64,000 nt of DNA from Mobula hypostoma (lineage: Eukaryota): positions 208,508,001 to 208,572,000 of the forward strand of contig NC_086097.1 in assembly GCF_963921235.1 (NCBI RefSeq), written 5' to 3'. The position numbers and the translations under genes were made by a program. This document shows positions 49,890-62,850 of the stretch, piece by piece; within the stretch, counting starts at the first letter, position 1; the number at the start of each line of letters is the position of its first letter. The notes beneath the pieces were generated by a model. It was not told the DNA's origin, did no database searches, and worked only from the letters and a program-made list of their open reading frames with translations.

Positions 49890-52620
49890 AAAGTTCAAAG
49901 TTTAAAGTAAATTAATTATCATATACAATAATATTCACCATATACAACCCTGAGGTTCATTTTCTAGCGTGTATGCTCAATAAATCCACCATAGAATAAT
50001 AGTCATAATAAAATCAGTGAAAGACCGCACCAACTGAGCCTTCAACCAATGAGCAAAAGACACAAACTGTGCAAACACAAAAAGAAAGAAATGGTAATCA
50101 ATATATAAGCAATAAATATCATGAACATGAGGTGAAAATTCCTTGAACGTGAGTCCATAGTTTGTGCGCACATTTCAGAGATGAGGCAAGTGAAGCTGAG
50201 TGAAGTTCACGAACCTATTAGCTGAGGGGTATTAACTGTTGCTGAACCTGGTGCTGTGACCCCTGAGGCTCCTGTACCTTCTTTTTGATGGCAGCAGCAG
50301 AAGACAGCGTGACCTGGGTGGTGGGGTCCCTGATGATAGATGCTGCTTTCCTGCAACAATGCTCCGCGATGATGTGCTGAATCTTCGCAAGTTCTTAAGG
50401 AAGAAGAGGCACAGCCATGTTTTGAAATGTCAACACTGAAGAATTTAAAGCTGCTGACCCTCTCCACCTCTGATCTTCCAATGAGGACTGCCTCCTAGAC
50501 TTCTGGTTTCCTCCTCTTGAAGTCAATGATCAGCTTGCTGACATTAAGTAAGAGTAAGAGGTTGCTGACACAAAGTTGGGTGGCAGTGTGAAATGTGAGG
50601 AGGATGTTATGAGAATGCAGGGTGACTTGGACAGGTTGGGTGAGTGGGCCGATGCATGGCAGATGCATTTTAATGTGGATAAATGTGAGATTATCCACTT
50701 TGGTAGCATGAACAGGAAGGCAGATTACTATTTGAATGGTGTCAAATTAGGAAATGGGGAAGTACAATGAGATCTAGGTGTCCTTGTTCATCAGTCACTG
50801 AAAGTAAGTATGCAGGTACAGCAGGCAGTGAAGAAAGCTAATGGCATGTTGGCCTTCATAACAAGGGGAGTTGAGTATAGGAGCAAAGAGGTCCTTCTGC
50901 AGTTGTATAGGGCCCTGGAGAGACCACATCTGGAGTATTGTGTACAGTTTTGGTCTCCAAATCTGAGGAAGGACATTCTAGCTCTGAGGGAGTGCAGCGT
51001 AGGTTCACAAGGTTAATTCCTGGGATGGCGGGTCTGTCATATGTTGAAAGATTGGAGCGACTGGGCTTGTATACACTGCAATTTAGAAGGATGAGAGGGG
51101 ATCTGATTGAAACATATAAGATTATTAAGGGATTGGACATGCCAGAGGCAGGATACATGTTCCCAATGTTGGGGGAGTCCAAAACCAGAGGCCACAGTTT
51201 AAGAATAAGGGATATACAATTTAGAACGGAGTTGAGGACAAACTTCTTCATACAGAGGGTTGTGGTTCTGTGGAATGCTCTGTCTCAGAAGGCAGTGGAG
51301 GCCAATTCTCTGGATTCTTTCAAGAAAGGGTTAGATAGAGCTCTTAAAGATAGTGGAGTGAAGGGATATGGGGAGAAGGCAGGAACGGGGTACTGATTGT
51401 GGATGATCAGCCATGATCACAGTGAATGGTGGTGCTGGCTCGAAGGACTGAATGGCCTACTCCTGCACCTATTGTCTATTGTCTACTCAATCTCCCTCCT
51501 ATAAGCTGATTCATTAGCACCTTTGATTTGGTCTACAACTGTGGTGTCATCAGTAAAATTGAACATGGCATTGGAGCTGTGCTTAACCTTCAGTCGTAAG
51601 TAGAGCAGGAGGCTAAGCACACAGCCCACGTGGTGCACCTGTGGTGCTGGAGATCATGGAGGAGATATTGCTACCAAGATGAACTGAATAGGGTCTGCAA
51701 ATGAGGAAATTGTGGATCTAATTACACAGGGAGGTATTGAGGCCAAGGGCTTGAAGCTTATTAATTAGATCTGGGGGGATGATAGTAAGGAATACTCAGC
51801 TGTAGTTGATGAAGAGCAATCTGAGGTATACATCTTTGCTGTGCAGATGTTCCAGGGTTGAGCAAAGAGCCAATGAAGAGCCAATGGGCTTGTATACTCT
51901 GGAATTTAGAAGGCTGAGAGGGGATCTTATTGAAACATATAAGATTATTAAGGGATTGGACATGCTGCAGACAGGAAGCATGTTCCCGCTGATGGGTGAG
52001 TCCAGAACCAGAGGTCACAGTTTAAGAATTAGGGGTAGGCCATTTAGAACGGAGTTGAGGAAAAACTTTTTCACCCAGAGAGTGGTGGACATATGGAATA
52101 CTCTGCCCCAGAAGGCTGTGGAGGCCAAGTCTCTGGATGCTTTCAAAAAAGAGATGGATAGAGCTCTTAAAGATAGCGGAATCAAAGGTTATGGAGGTAA
52201 GGCAGGAACTGGATACTGATAGTGGATGATCCGCCATGATCACAGTGAATGGCGGTGCTGGCTCGAAGGGCCGAATGGCCTACTCCCGCACCTATTGTCT
52301 ATTGTCTATTGTCTATTGAAATGGCATCTACTGTGGAGCTTTTGTGCTGGTAGGCAAATTGGAACGGATCTAAGTAGCTTCTCAGCCAGGAGTTGATAAG
52401 TTTCATCACTAACCTCTCAAAACACTTTGTCACTGTGGATATAAGTGCTACTGGATGAAAGTCATTGAGGCAAGTTACCATATTCTTCTTTGGCACCAGT
52501 ATAAGCGGAACATGCTTAAAGCAGATGGGTACATCAGACTTCCGAAATGAGAGGTTAAAGATCTCAGTGAATGCTCCAGTCAGTTATTCAGCACTTGGTC
52601 TTTAGTACTTGGCCAGGAAC
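49890..52620 (-). mobile_element. Rex1/Babar LINE interrupted by two plus-strand CR1 3' fragments (~50570-51485 and ~51885-52317)
   Basis: Minus LNDFHPVALISTVTKCFERLV; CR1 inserts encode RGDLIETYKIIKG and end in (ctattgt)n tails. Confidence 0.85.
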
Positions 52621-53434
52621 ATATATTTTCTAACCCTAAACTGAACTATCTTTTATTAATGTAAAGTCATGAGTCTTAAGAATTTACAATGAAGTTTTTT
52701 TTAAAAAAGAGCGACATACATTAGTTACTTTATCTACTGTTTTGGCTTGTTGAGAAACTCTGATAAACACTACCATTGGCTTCATTTCTGTCGTTCAATC
52801 TCAGTTTAGGCAATATGAAATAATTTGAAACATGATTTACCTTATGTATAAACAATGATGCTTTATACTATCATTTGGATGGTATTTATTACTGATTCCA
52901 ATTAAGCTTTTCAACATGAGAAGAATGGGTGTGTAAGGTGTTTAATTGAATGATTTGAATGAACGTTTGAACTTTTTTAGAGAAAAATCCTCTTTTCAAA
53001 ATCTGTACCATGTAACTTTATCATGCGGTAGAATCCCATTGTATGAATATTGAAATTCAACATAAGTGCAATTCTATTACAGGCTGGTAGAATGGGAAAT
53101 TAGAAGTCATTTTTCTGTATGTGGTGCAGAAACTTTTCTATTGAAATACCTTCCAAAGAAGTAATAGGTCAATTTCGATGTTCACCCAGTTATGTTTGCA
53201 GTGTTACTTGTGCAGAACATTCAGACATGGGCTGATCAGTTGCACAGATGTGTCAGACAATAGCCATTTCCTATGAAAGAGAGTTGAGCCATTTATTCTT
53301 GACATTGCCATTGCCAAGATCTTCCCTCCACACCCCTCCCCCTCAACCTGACGCCATCGATATTCTAACTCCCCAGAGCCTTTCCATTATCTACAAGGCA
53401 CAAGTCAGGAGTATGATTTCATACTTATATACAC

Positions 53435-54412
53435 TATAATAGAGGATGAAAATAGAGTGCGGTGGAGGAGAAATGTGTGGCTGAGGGACTGGAGCAAGAG
53501 GCAGGGATTCAGACTTCTGGATCATTGGGACCTCTTTTGGGGCAGGCGTGATCTGTACAAAAATAACAGGTAGCACTTGAATCTGAGAAGGGAGGCAAAA
53601 GAGGTGGGGGCATGGCACTGCTGATCAGAGATAGTGTCATGGCTGCAGAATAGGAAGAAGTCATGGAGAGATTGTCTACTGTGTCTCTGTGGGTGGAAGT
53701 TAGAAACAGGAAGGGGTCAATAACTCCAGTGGGTGTTTTTTATAGACCACCCAATAGTAAGAGGGACATCGAGGAGCAGACAGGGAGACAGATTCTGGAA
53801 TGGTTCAGTAATAGCAGGGTTGTCGTGATGGGAGATTTTAATTTCCCAAATTTTGATTGGCATCTCCCTAGAGCAGGGGGTTTAGATGCAGTGGAGTTTG
53901 TTAGGTGTGTTCGGGAAGGTTTCCTGATGCAACATGTAGCTAAGCCTACAAGAGGAGAGGCTGTACTAGATCTGATATTGGGAAATGAACCTGGTCAGGT
54001 GTCAGATCTCTCAGTGGGAGAGCACTTTGGAGATAGTGATCATAGTTCTATTTCCTTCACCACAGCATTGGAGAGGGATAGGAACAGACAAGTTAGGAAA
54101 GCATTTAATTGGAGTAATGGGAAATATGAGGCTATCAGGCAGGAACTTGGAAGCATAAATTGGGAACAGATGTTCTCAGGGAAATGTAAAGCAGAAATAT
54201 GGCAAATGTTCAGGGGATATTTGCGTGGCATTCTGCATAGGTACGTTCCAATGAGACAGGGAAAGGATGGTAGGGTACAGGAACCGTAGTGTACAAAGAC
54301 TGTTGGAAATCTAGTCAAGAAGAAAAGAAAAGCTTGTGAAAGGTTCAAAAAACTAGGTAATAATAGATATCTAGAAAATTATAAGGCTAGCAGGAAGGAG
54401 CTTAAGAATGAA
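53435..54412 (+). mobile_element. Internally deleted CR1 segment (ORF1 end plus endonuclease)
   Basis: VGVFYRPPN, MGDFNFP and GDSDH motifs; close homologue of ~55165-55297 plus ~56535-57220. Confidence 0.88.
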
Positions 54413-54414
54413 GT

Positions 54415-57400
54415 AACGGATCAGGCGAGGTAAGTTACTTGTTAGGAATAGGAAGTATGTCTGTGCGGCCAGTGTTCTGTACTTGGTGTTAGATGTGGGA
54501 AGTCTGGGAGACTCCCAGCCTCCCGGATGGCCACATCCGCACCAGGTGCGCGAGATGCAGCTCCTCAGGGACCGCGTTAGGGAACTGGAGATGCAGCTCG
54601 ATGACCTTCGTCTGGTCAGGGAAAGTGGTAGAGAGGAGCTATGGGCAAGTAGCCACAAGAGACAGATAAGTGGGTAACAGTCAGAAGAGGGAACAGCAAG
54701 AGTCAGATACTGGAGAGTACCCCTGTGGTGTCCCCCTTAACAATAAGTACACCTGTTTGAGTACTGCTGGGAGGAATGACCTATCTGGGGGAAGCAACAG
54801 TGGCAATGCCTCTGGCACAGAGTCTGGCCCTGTGGCTCAGAAGGATAGGGAAAGGAAGTGCATGGCAGCAGTAATGGGGGATTCCATAGTTCGGGGGTCA
54901 GACAGGCGATTCTGTGGATGCAGGAAAGAAAAGTTTGCCTCCCAGATGCCAGGGTTTGGGATGTTTCTGATCACGTCCCCAATATCCTGAAGTGGGAAGG
55001 TGAACAACCAGAGGTCAAGGTACATATTAGTACCAACGACATAGGTAGGAAAAAGGAGGAGGTCCTGAAAACAGACTACAGGAGTTAGGAAGGAAGTTGA
55101 GAAGCAGGACCACAAAGGTAGTAATCTTGGGATTACTGCCTATGCCACGCGACAGTGAGTATAGGAATAGAGTGAGGTGGAGGATATATGCGTGTCTGAG
55201 GGATTGGAGCAGGGGACAGGGATTCAGATTTCTGGATCACTGGGACCTCTTTTGGGGCAGCCGTGACCTGTACAAAAATGCCAGGTTGCACTTGAATCCA
55301 AACGGGACCAATATCCTGGCGGGAAGGCTTGCTAAGGTTATTGGGGGAGTTTAAACTAGAATTGCTGGGGGGGTGGGAACCAAACTGAAGAGATAGAAGA
55401 AGGGGCAGTTGGCTCACAAATGGAGAAAGCTTGTAGACAGTGCGAGAGAGAGGATAGGCAAGTGATAGCAAAGGGATGCGCTCAGACCGATGGTTTGAGA
55501 TGTGTCTATTTTAATGCAAGGAGTATCATGAACAAAGTGGATGAGCTTTGTTACGTACCCCGTAACTGGGTTGCCAAACCAGCAGAAATGGATCACTCAG
55601 TTGGAGTCTGGAGTACTAGAACTAAGAAAGTTTTATTAAAGAAATAAGCAACACAGTAATCGAAAGGATAATAAATGCAACAGTCCAGCGATGATAAACA
55701 CACATGTGCACAGAATTAAGATAACAGCATCAATCAAGCTCTATCGTTGTCTAGGGGTAAATGACCAAATTTAAAAGTGACTCAAAGTTCAGTCCAGTTA
55801 GTAGTTCAGTTCGCAGTAATCGTTGCCCTGGCGATGGACAACGTGGGGGGAAGAGAGAGATAGAACAGGAACAACTGATCATTCAGACACGGCTTCACTC
55901 ACAGACCGGCGAGATGGCTCACAAACAGCTTTTGGGCGGGTCCTTGGTGATGTCACCTGAGGTCACCGACTGTGACCCCTCCTCCAGATGCGGTCGATCC
56001 TCTGCAGTGAACCCGGCACCCAGGCAAGGGCGGACACACACCGGGTTCCCGCTGATCGTACCTTTCCACCCCGGGCGTTGTCTGGTACTTCTCATCGACT
56101 CGTGAGAGGCGTACCGCTTCCAGGGTCTCGTTACCTCGGGTGTCGTGTGTGTCCTGCCTTAGCGAACCGGTCCCTTTTTATCCCCCTGCTGGGGTATCGC
56201 CTGTCCATCACTTCAAACAGTTCAAGGTTCAAAGGGGGGAGCCGCTCCAGACAGCTCTCTCTCCCACGTCCCTTCATTACACATCTCCAGACGCTGCTCC
56301 ATTGTTCCTTATCTCTCCTTCCCCTGAGGGCAGGTGGCAGACCACTTGCTGATGTCACTGATGCTAACCCAGGCCAGCAAACATCTTAATTTTATGTGTA
56401 TTCTCGTCACAGCTTAGAGTGTGGATCAATACTTGGAGCTATGATGTTGTGGCCATTACAGAGACTTGGATGGTTCAGGGGCAGGAATGGTTACTTGGAG
56501 TGCCAGGCTTTAGATGTTTGAGAAAGGACAGGGAGGGAGGCAAAAGAGGTGGGGGCATGGCACTGCTGATCAGAGATAGTGTCATGGCTGCAGAAAAGGA
56601 GGAAGTCATGGAGGGATTGTCTACTGAGTCTCTGTGGGTGGAAGTTAGGAACAGGAAGGGGTCAATAACTCCACCGGGTGTTTTTCATAGACCACTTAAT
56701 CGTAACAGGGACATTGAGGGGCAGATAGGGAAACAGATTCTGGAAAGGTATAACAATAACAGGGTTGTTGTGGTGGGAGATTTTAATTTCCCAAATATTG
56801 ATTGGCATCTACCTAGAGCTAGGGGTTTAGATGTGTTGGAGTTTGTTAGGTGTGTTCAAGAAGGTTTCTTGACACAATATGTAGATAAGTTTACAAGACA
56901 AGAGGCTGTACTTGATCTGGTATTGGGAAATGAACCTGGTCAGGTGTCAGATCTCTCAGTGGGAGAGCGCTTTGGAGATAGTGATCACAATTCTATCTCC
57001 TTTACCATAGCATTGGAGAGGGATAGGAACGGACAAGTTAGGAAAGCGTTTAATTGGGGTAGGGGGAAATATGAAGCTATCAGGCAGGTACTTGGAAGCA
57101 TAAACTGGGAACAGATGTTCTCTCATCAAGAAGAAAAGAAAAGCTTATGAAAGGTTCAAAACACTAGGTAATGATAATGATCTGGAAGATTATAAGGCTG
57201 GCAGGAAGGAGCTTAAGGACGAAATTAGGAGGGCCAGAGGAGGCCATGAGAAGTCCTTGGCAAGCAGGATTAAGGAAAACCCAAAGGTATTCTACAAGTA
57301 TGTGCAGAGCAAGAGGATAAGATGTGAGTGAATAGGACCAATCAAGTGTGACAGTGGAAAAGTGTGTATGGAAATGAAAGAGATAGCGGATGTACTTAAT

Positions 57401-59019
57401 GAATACTTTGCTTCAGTATTCACTACAGAAAAGGATCTTGGTGATTGTGGGGATGACTTACAGCGGACTGAAAAGGATGTGCTGGAGCTTTTGGAAAGCG
57501 TCAAATTGAATAAGTCACCGGGACTGGACGAGATGTACCGCAGGCTACTGTGGGAGGTAAGGGAGGAGATTAATGACCCTCTGGCAATAATCTTTGCATC
57601 ATCAATGATGATGGGAGAGATTCCGGAGGATTGGAGGGTTGCAGATGTTGCTCCCTTATTCAAGAACGGGAGTAGAGATAGCCCAGGAAATTATAGACCA
57701 GTGAGTCTTACCTCAGTGGTTGGTAAGTTGAGAGAAAAGATCCTGAGAGGCAGGATTTATGAGCATTTGGAGAGGCATAATATGATTACGAAGAGTCAGC
57801 ACAGCCTTGTCAAAGGCAGGTCGTGCCTTACGAGCCTGATTGAAATTTTTGAGGATGTGACTAAACACATTGATGAAAGTAGAGCAGTAGATGTAGTGTA
57901 TATGAATTTCAGCAAGGCATTTGATAAGGTACCCCTTGCAAGTCTTATTGAGAAACTAAGGAGGCATGGGATCCAAGGGGACCTTGCCTTATGGATCCAG
58001 AATTGGCTTGCCCACAGAAGGCAAAGTGTGGTAGTAGATGGGTCATATTCTGCATTGAGGTTTGTGACCAGTGGTGTGCCTTAGGGATCTGTTCTGGGAC
58101 TCCTTCTCTTCGTGATTTTTATAAATGACCTGGATGAGGAAGTGGTGGGATGGGTTAGTAAATTTGCTGATGACACAAAGGTTGGGGGTGTTGTGGATAG
58201 TGTGGAGGGTTGTCAGAGGTTACAGCAGGGACATTGATAGGATGGGCTGAGAAATGGTAGATGGTGTCCTACAAAGATAAGTGTGAGTTGGTTCATTTTG
58301 GTAGGTCAAATATGATGGCAGAATATTGTACTAATGATAAGACTCTTGGCAGTGTGGAGGATCAGAGTGATCTTGGGGTCCGAGTTCATAGGACACTCAA
58401 AGCTGCTGCGCAGGTTGACTGTGTGGTTAAGAAGGCATATGGTGCATTGGCCTTCATCAACTGTGGGATTGAGTTCAAGAACCAAGAGGTAACGCTAATG
58501 CTACGTAGGACCCCTCACTACAGGAAGGACGTGGAAACCATAGAAAGGGTGCAGAGAAGATTTACAAGAATGTTGTCTGGATTGGGGAGCACGCCTTATG
58601 AGAATAGGTTGAGTGAACTTGGCCTTTTCTCCTTGGAGCGACAGAGGATGAGAAGTGACCTGATAGAGGTGTATAAGATGATGAGAGGGATTGATCATGT
58701 GGATAGTCAGAGGATTTTTCCCAGGGCTGAAATGGCTAACACAACAGGGCACAGTTTCAAGGTGCTTGGAAGTAGGTACAGAGGATATGACAGGGTTAAG
58801 TTTTTTACATAGAGAGAGGTGAGTGAGTGGAATGGGTTGCTGGCAATGGTGGTGGAAGCGGATACAACAAGAGACTCCTGGAAAGGTACATGGAGCTTAG
58901 AAAAACAGAGGGCTATAGGTAACCCTAGGTAATTTTTAACGTAAGTACATATTTGGCACAGCATTGTTGGCCAAAGGGCCTGTATTGTGCTGTAAATTTT
59001 CTATGTTTCTACGTTTCTA
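54415..59019 (+). mobile_element. Near full-length inactive CR1 LINE (ORF1 zinc finger and SGNH esterase; ORF2 endonuclease and RT)
   Basis: QLLRDRVRELE coiled coil, MGDSIVRG, ITETW, GDFNFP, NYRPVSLTS, KFADDTK; tttctatg/tttctacg tail; stops and frameshifts present. Confidence 0.93.
55549..56411. mobile_element. Solo LTR (863 bp) inserted in CR1 ORF2
   Basis: TGTTAC...GTCACA termini; 4-bp TSD GCTT (55545-48 and 56412-15); removing it restores KVDEL-RVWINT; CpG-rich. Confidence 0.92.
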
Positions 59020-59119
59020 ATACTATATAATACTACAATATATATTAGAACACTATACTATACTATATAATATCATTATACTACAATATTCTAGAAAAGT
59101 TTCTGTCAGGTTTTAGAGT

Positions 59120-60373
59120 AAATCACAGTATAGAGAGAGCCCTTACTAAAATTGTCAGTGATTTCAGGCTAAGCACTGATGCCTTCAGTGTCTCAGCTCT
59201 AATTCTCCAAGATCTCAGGGTCCCCTTTGACACAATTGACTATGCAATATTCTCTTAGATTGCTTGGAGACCTAGTTTGGCCTCTCTGACACGGTCCTTA
59301 ATTGGTTTCATACATATATCTTAGAGAGAAAATATTTTGGCTGTCTTGGAGATCATTTTTCTAAGGGATATGATGTACCTTTTGGTGTTGCTTAGGAAAG
59401 CTGTTTTGGTCCCCTACTCTTCTCCTTATAAATACCCCCCTTAGACAACATCATTAGATGGTATAAACTTGATTTCCACAATTATGCAGATGACACACTT
59501 TGGTGTCGAGTCTGCTGATGATAACACCCTATTTTCTCTAACTTCTGGTATGGCTGCAATAAACAAATGGATGAGAATAAGTTCCTAAAACTAAATTAAG
59601 ATAAAACTGAAATACTTTTCTTTGGTCCCAAAGCCAAACTTCTTCATAAATTTGGGGACTTTGTTCCCCTTGTAAAATCAGAAGTAACGAACCTGGATTC
59701 AGATTTGAATTTTAAATTGCATATAAAGAAAGTAACCAGAGCAGCATTTGTACACTTATGAAATATTGTAAAGGTACATCCATTTCATCACATAATGGTG
59801 CTGAAAAACTAATTTATACCTTTATATCGAAAGGACTAGATTACTTCAATGCACTTTTTACTAGCCTTCCAAAGCCACACCTATTAACATACTTCACCTC
59901 ATTCAGAACACCACTGCTAGACTTTTAACTAAAACTTGGACGAGAGAGCATATCACTCCTGTCCTAGCTACTCTGCGTTGGCTTCCTATATCTTTAGAAA
60001 TGATTTTAAAGTTCTCTTACCTGTTTTTAAAGCCCAGGGGCCCAGAGTACATCACAGAGTCACTTTTGTTTTATAATCCTACTTGAACTCTCAGGTCTTC
60101 TTCAGCTGGTCTCTTAAATTTAAACCATCTCTCTCAAAAGATAATTGGCAGGAATTATGCTCCTAAACTGTGAAGTTCAGTACGTAAATCTATAAGGGAT
60201 GCTGACTCTGTTGGCACTTTTAAACACCAACTTAAAACCTATTTATTTAACTCTGCTTCTAACCAATATTTTTTGTCTTTTATTTTCATGTTTGCTCTTT
60301 GCCCCATTGTAAAGCACTTTGAACTATATTGGCCGTATGAAAATAACCAATAAGTTATTACTATTATTATTAT
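59120..60373 (+). mobile_element. L2-clade LINE 3' part
   Basis: DL..PFDTID, FHNYADDT and HITPVLATLRWLP motifs; 3' end tgtaaagcactttga with (tat)n tail. Confidence 0.82.
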
Positions 60374-60384
60374 AATAAAAATAA

Positions 60385-61593
60385 TTTTTTTCTCAGCTTG
60401 AGATGGTAAAACCTGAGATGCTGGCATAGCCAAGCACGCTCATTTCTCAATTGCTAGGAACTTTCAGACTATTCCAGTGGTATTAGAATTGTGGCTTTTT
60501 GAAGATTTACATAGATATTGCTGTGTAGCCCTAATTGTTTAATGCTATTGTATACTGCCTTCGGGATGACACCAATTGTAGATATTACTATCGCGATAAT
60601 GTAGACCCTGTACATGTTCCAAAGTCTTTCAATTTCCTCTTTTAATTCAGTGTATTTCTGGTGTTTTTCACTTATTGATTTCTGTAAGTTATGTGTGTTT
60701 GGAATGGCTATATCTACTAAGAAAGTTATTCTTGCTTGTCTATCCTGTATTATATCTGGATGGTTATTCTGGGTTGTCCTATCTGTAATAACGGATCAGT
60801 CATAATATAATTAGTGATATTCTGACTCTAAAACTGAATCAGGCTTGTATTTATAGTAAGGTATGATTTCTTTTGTGAGCTTGTATTTTTAAGATTTTGG
60901 TGAATGATGTTTGCCACTTGATTGTGTCTGGTAAGTGATCAGATTGTATTAACCTGCTACAGAATCCTGTAACGTGTTGGATTGCTTCTGGTTTTTCTCA
61001 GCATTTTCTACATTTCTCATCTTGAATTTGTTGGTCTTTTATTGTGCATTTTTGATATTTTTTGTCTTAACCACCTGGTCCTGTAATGACACAAGGTACC
61101 CTTCTGTTTCTGGGAAGAGGTCTCCAACTCTGAGCCAGGCATTCGATGCTTCCTTGTCGACATCTAGTCTGCTCAGATCGAGGGGATGTCTTCCATGAAG
61201 GGTCATTCTCTTCCTTTGGTTAACTTTTTCTTCAATAGTGATAACGTCTTCATTTTTCTGGGTTGTCCTCTCATTTAAGTTTAGTGGTATATACTTCTTA
61301 TCAGAATTGTATATGCTCGCATGGAATGCTGAATCTTGTTTTCATTGATGAAAGTATATCCTGAGAAATTTTATCTGAGCGTTGTGTAAATTTTTAATGT
61401 CTGTTATTCCCCTTCCCCTTTCTGTCCTCGTAAGTGTTAATCTAAGCGCATTTGAGTGTACATATGTTTACTGAAATTTGATATTTCAGTTCTTATTTTT
61501 CTCTGTAAATTTTCCTGAAGAGTTTTGGACCAATATATTATGCCAAAAGAATATGTTAGTATAAATATAGCATAAGTGTTTATTGCCTCTGTA
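60385..61593 (-). mobile_element. R4/Dong-clade non-LTR retrotransposon 3' fragment (restriction-like endonuclease)
   Basis: Reverse strand reads SNAWLRVGDLFPETEG...QDQV...KCRKC*EKPEAIQHVTGFC and NHPDII...VDIAIPNTHNL...KHQKYTELKEEIERLW; flanked by (TAA)n; missed by the ORF track. Confidence 0.85.
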
Positions 61594-61684
61594 ATATTAT
61601 TATTATTATTATTTCTTGCCTGGATGAGGGCAACTTTAATAATAATGGTCTAATACTTTAAAAAGCTCTCATTAACAATTATTA

Positions 61685-62850
61685 GGAGGAACTCAGCAAG
61701 TCGGGCAGCATCCGTGGAAACGATCAGTCAACATTTCGGGCCGGAACCCTGCGTCAGGGCTGAAGAGGGAAGGGGCAGAGGCCCTATAAAGAAGGTGGGG
61801 GGGGAGGGTGGGAAGGAGAAGGCTGGTAGGTTCCAGGTGAAAAACCAGTAAGGGGAAAGATAAAGAGGTGGGGGAAGGGGGGCAGGGAGGTGATAGGCGG
61901 GAAAGGTGAAGAAGGAATAGGGGAGAACACAATGGGTGGTAGAAGGAGGCGGAACCATGAAGGAGGTGATAGGCAGCTGGGGGAGGGGGCAGAGTGAAAT
62001 AGGGATAGGGGAAGGGAGGGGGAGGGAATTACCAGAAGTTGGAGAATTCTATGTTCATACCAAGGGGCTGGAGACTACCTAGACGGTATATGAGGTCCCT
62101 ACACCTCCCCTCATGCCTCCATTGAGGGCCCCAAACAGTCCTTCCAAGTGAGGCAACACTTCACTTGTGAGTCTGTTGGGGTCATCTATTGCATCCGGTG
62201 CTCCCGGTGTGGCCTCCTCCACATCGGTGAAGCCCGACGCAGATTGGGGGACCGCTTCGTTGAGCACCTCCGCTCCATCCGCCACAACAGACAGGATCTC
62301 CCGGTGGCCACCCACTTCAACCCTGCTTCCCACTCCCATTCAGATATGTCCATACAAGGCCTCCTCTACTGCCATGATGAGGCTAAACTCAGGTTGGAGG
62401 AGCAACACCTCATATACTGTCTAGGTGGTCTCCAGCCCCTTGGTATGAACATAGAATTCTCCAACTTCTGGTAATTCCCTCTCCCTCCCTTCCTCTATCC
62501 GTATGTCACTCTACCCCCTCCCCCAGCTGCCTATCACCTCCCTCATGGTTCTGCCTCCTTCTACTACCCATTGTGCTTTCCCCTATTCCTTCTTCACCTT
62601 TCCTGCCTATCACCTCCCTGCTTCCCCTCCCCCACCCCCTTATCTTTCCCCTTACTGGTTTTTCACCTGGAACCTACCAGCCTTCTCCTTCCCACCCTCC
62701 CCCCACCTTCTTTATAGGGCCTCTGCCCCTTCCCTCTTCAGTCCTGATGAAGGGTTCTGGCCCGAAACGTCGACTCATCGTTTCTATGGATGCTGCTCGA
62801 CCTGCTGAGTTCCTCCAGCATGTTGTGAGTGTTGCTTTGACCCCAGCATC
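61685..62850. mobile_element. Penelope-like element 3' end: GIY-YIG endonuclease remnant with inverted terminal repeat
   Basis: 62148-62474 encodes VIYCIRCSRCGLLHIGE...RFVEH...VATHFN; 61685-62096 is the reverse complement of ~62407-62817. Confidence 0.9.
62740..62775 (+). ncRNA. Minimal type I hammerhead ribozyme motif in the Penelope terminal repeat
   Basis: AGTC-CTGATGA-A-GGGT(tctg)GCCC-GAAA-CG-TC-GACT: stem I, full catalytic core, stem II, vestigial palindromic stem III. Confidence 0.75.

Noticed and set aside
54415..59019. Active CR1 element
   Set aside because: Contains an LTR insertion, internal deletions, frameshifts and stop codons
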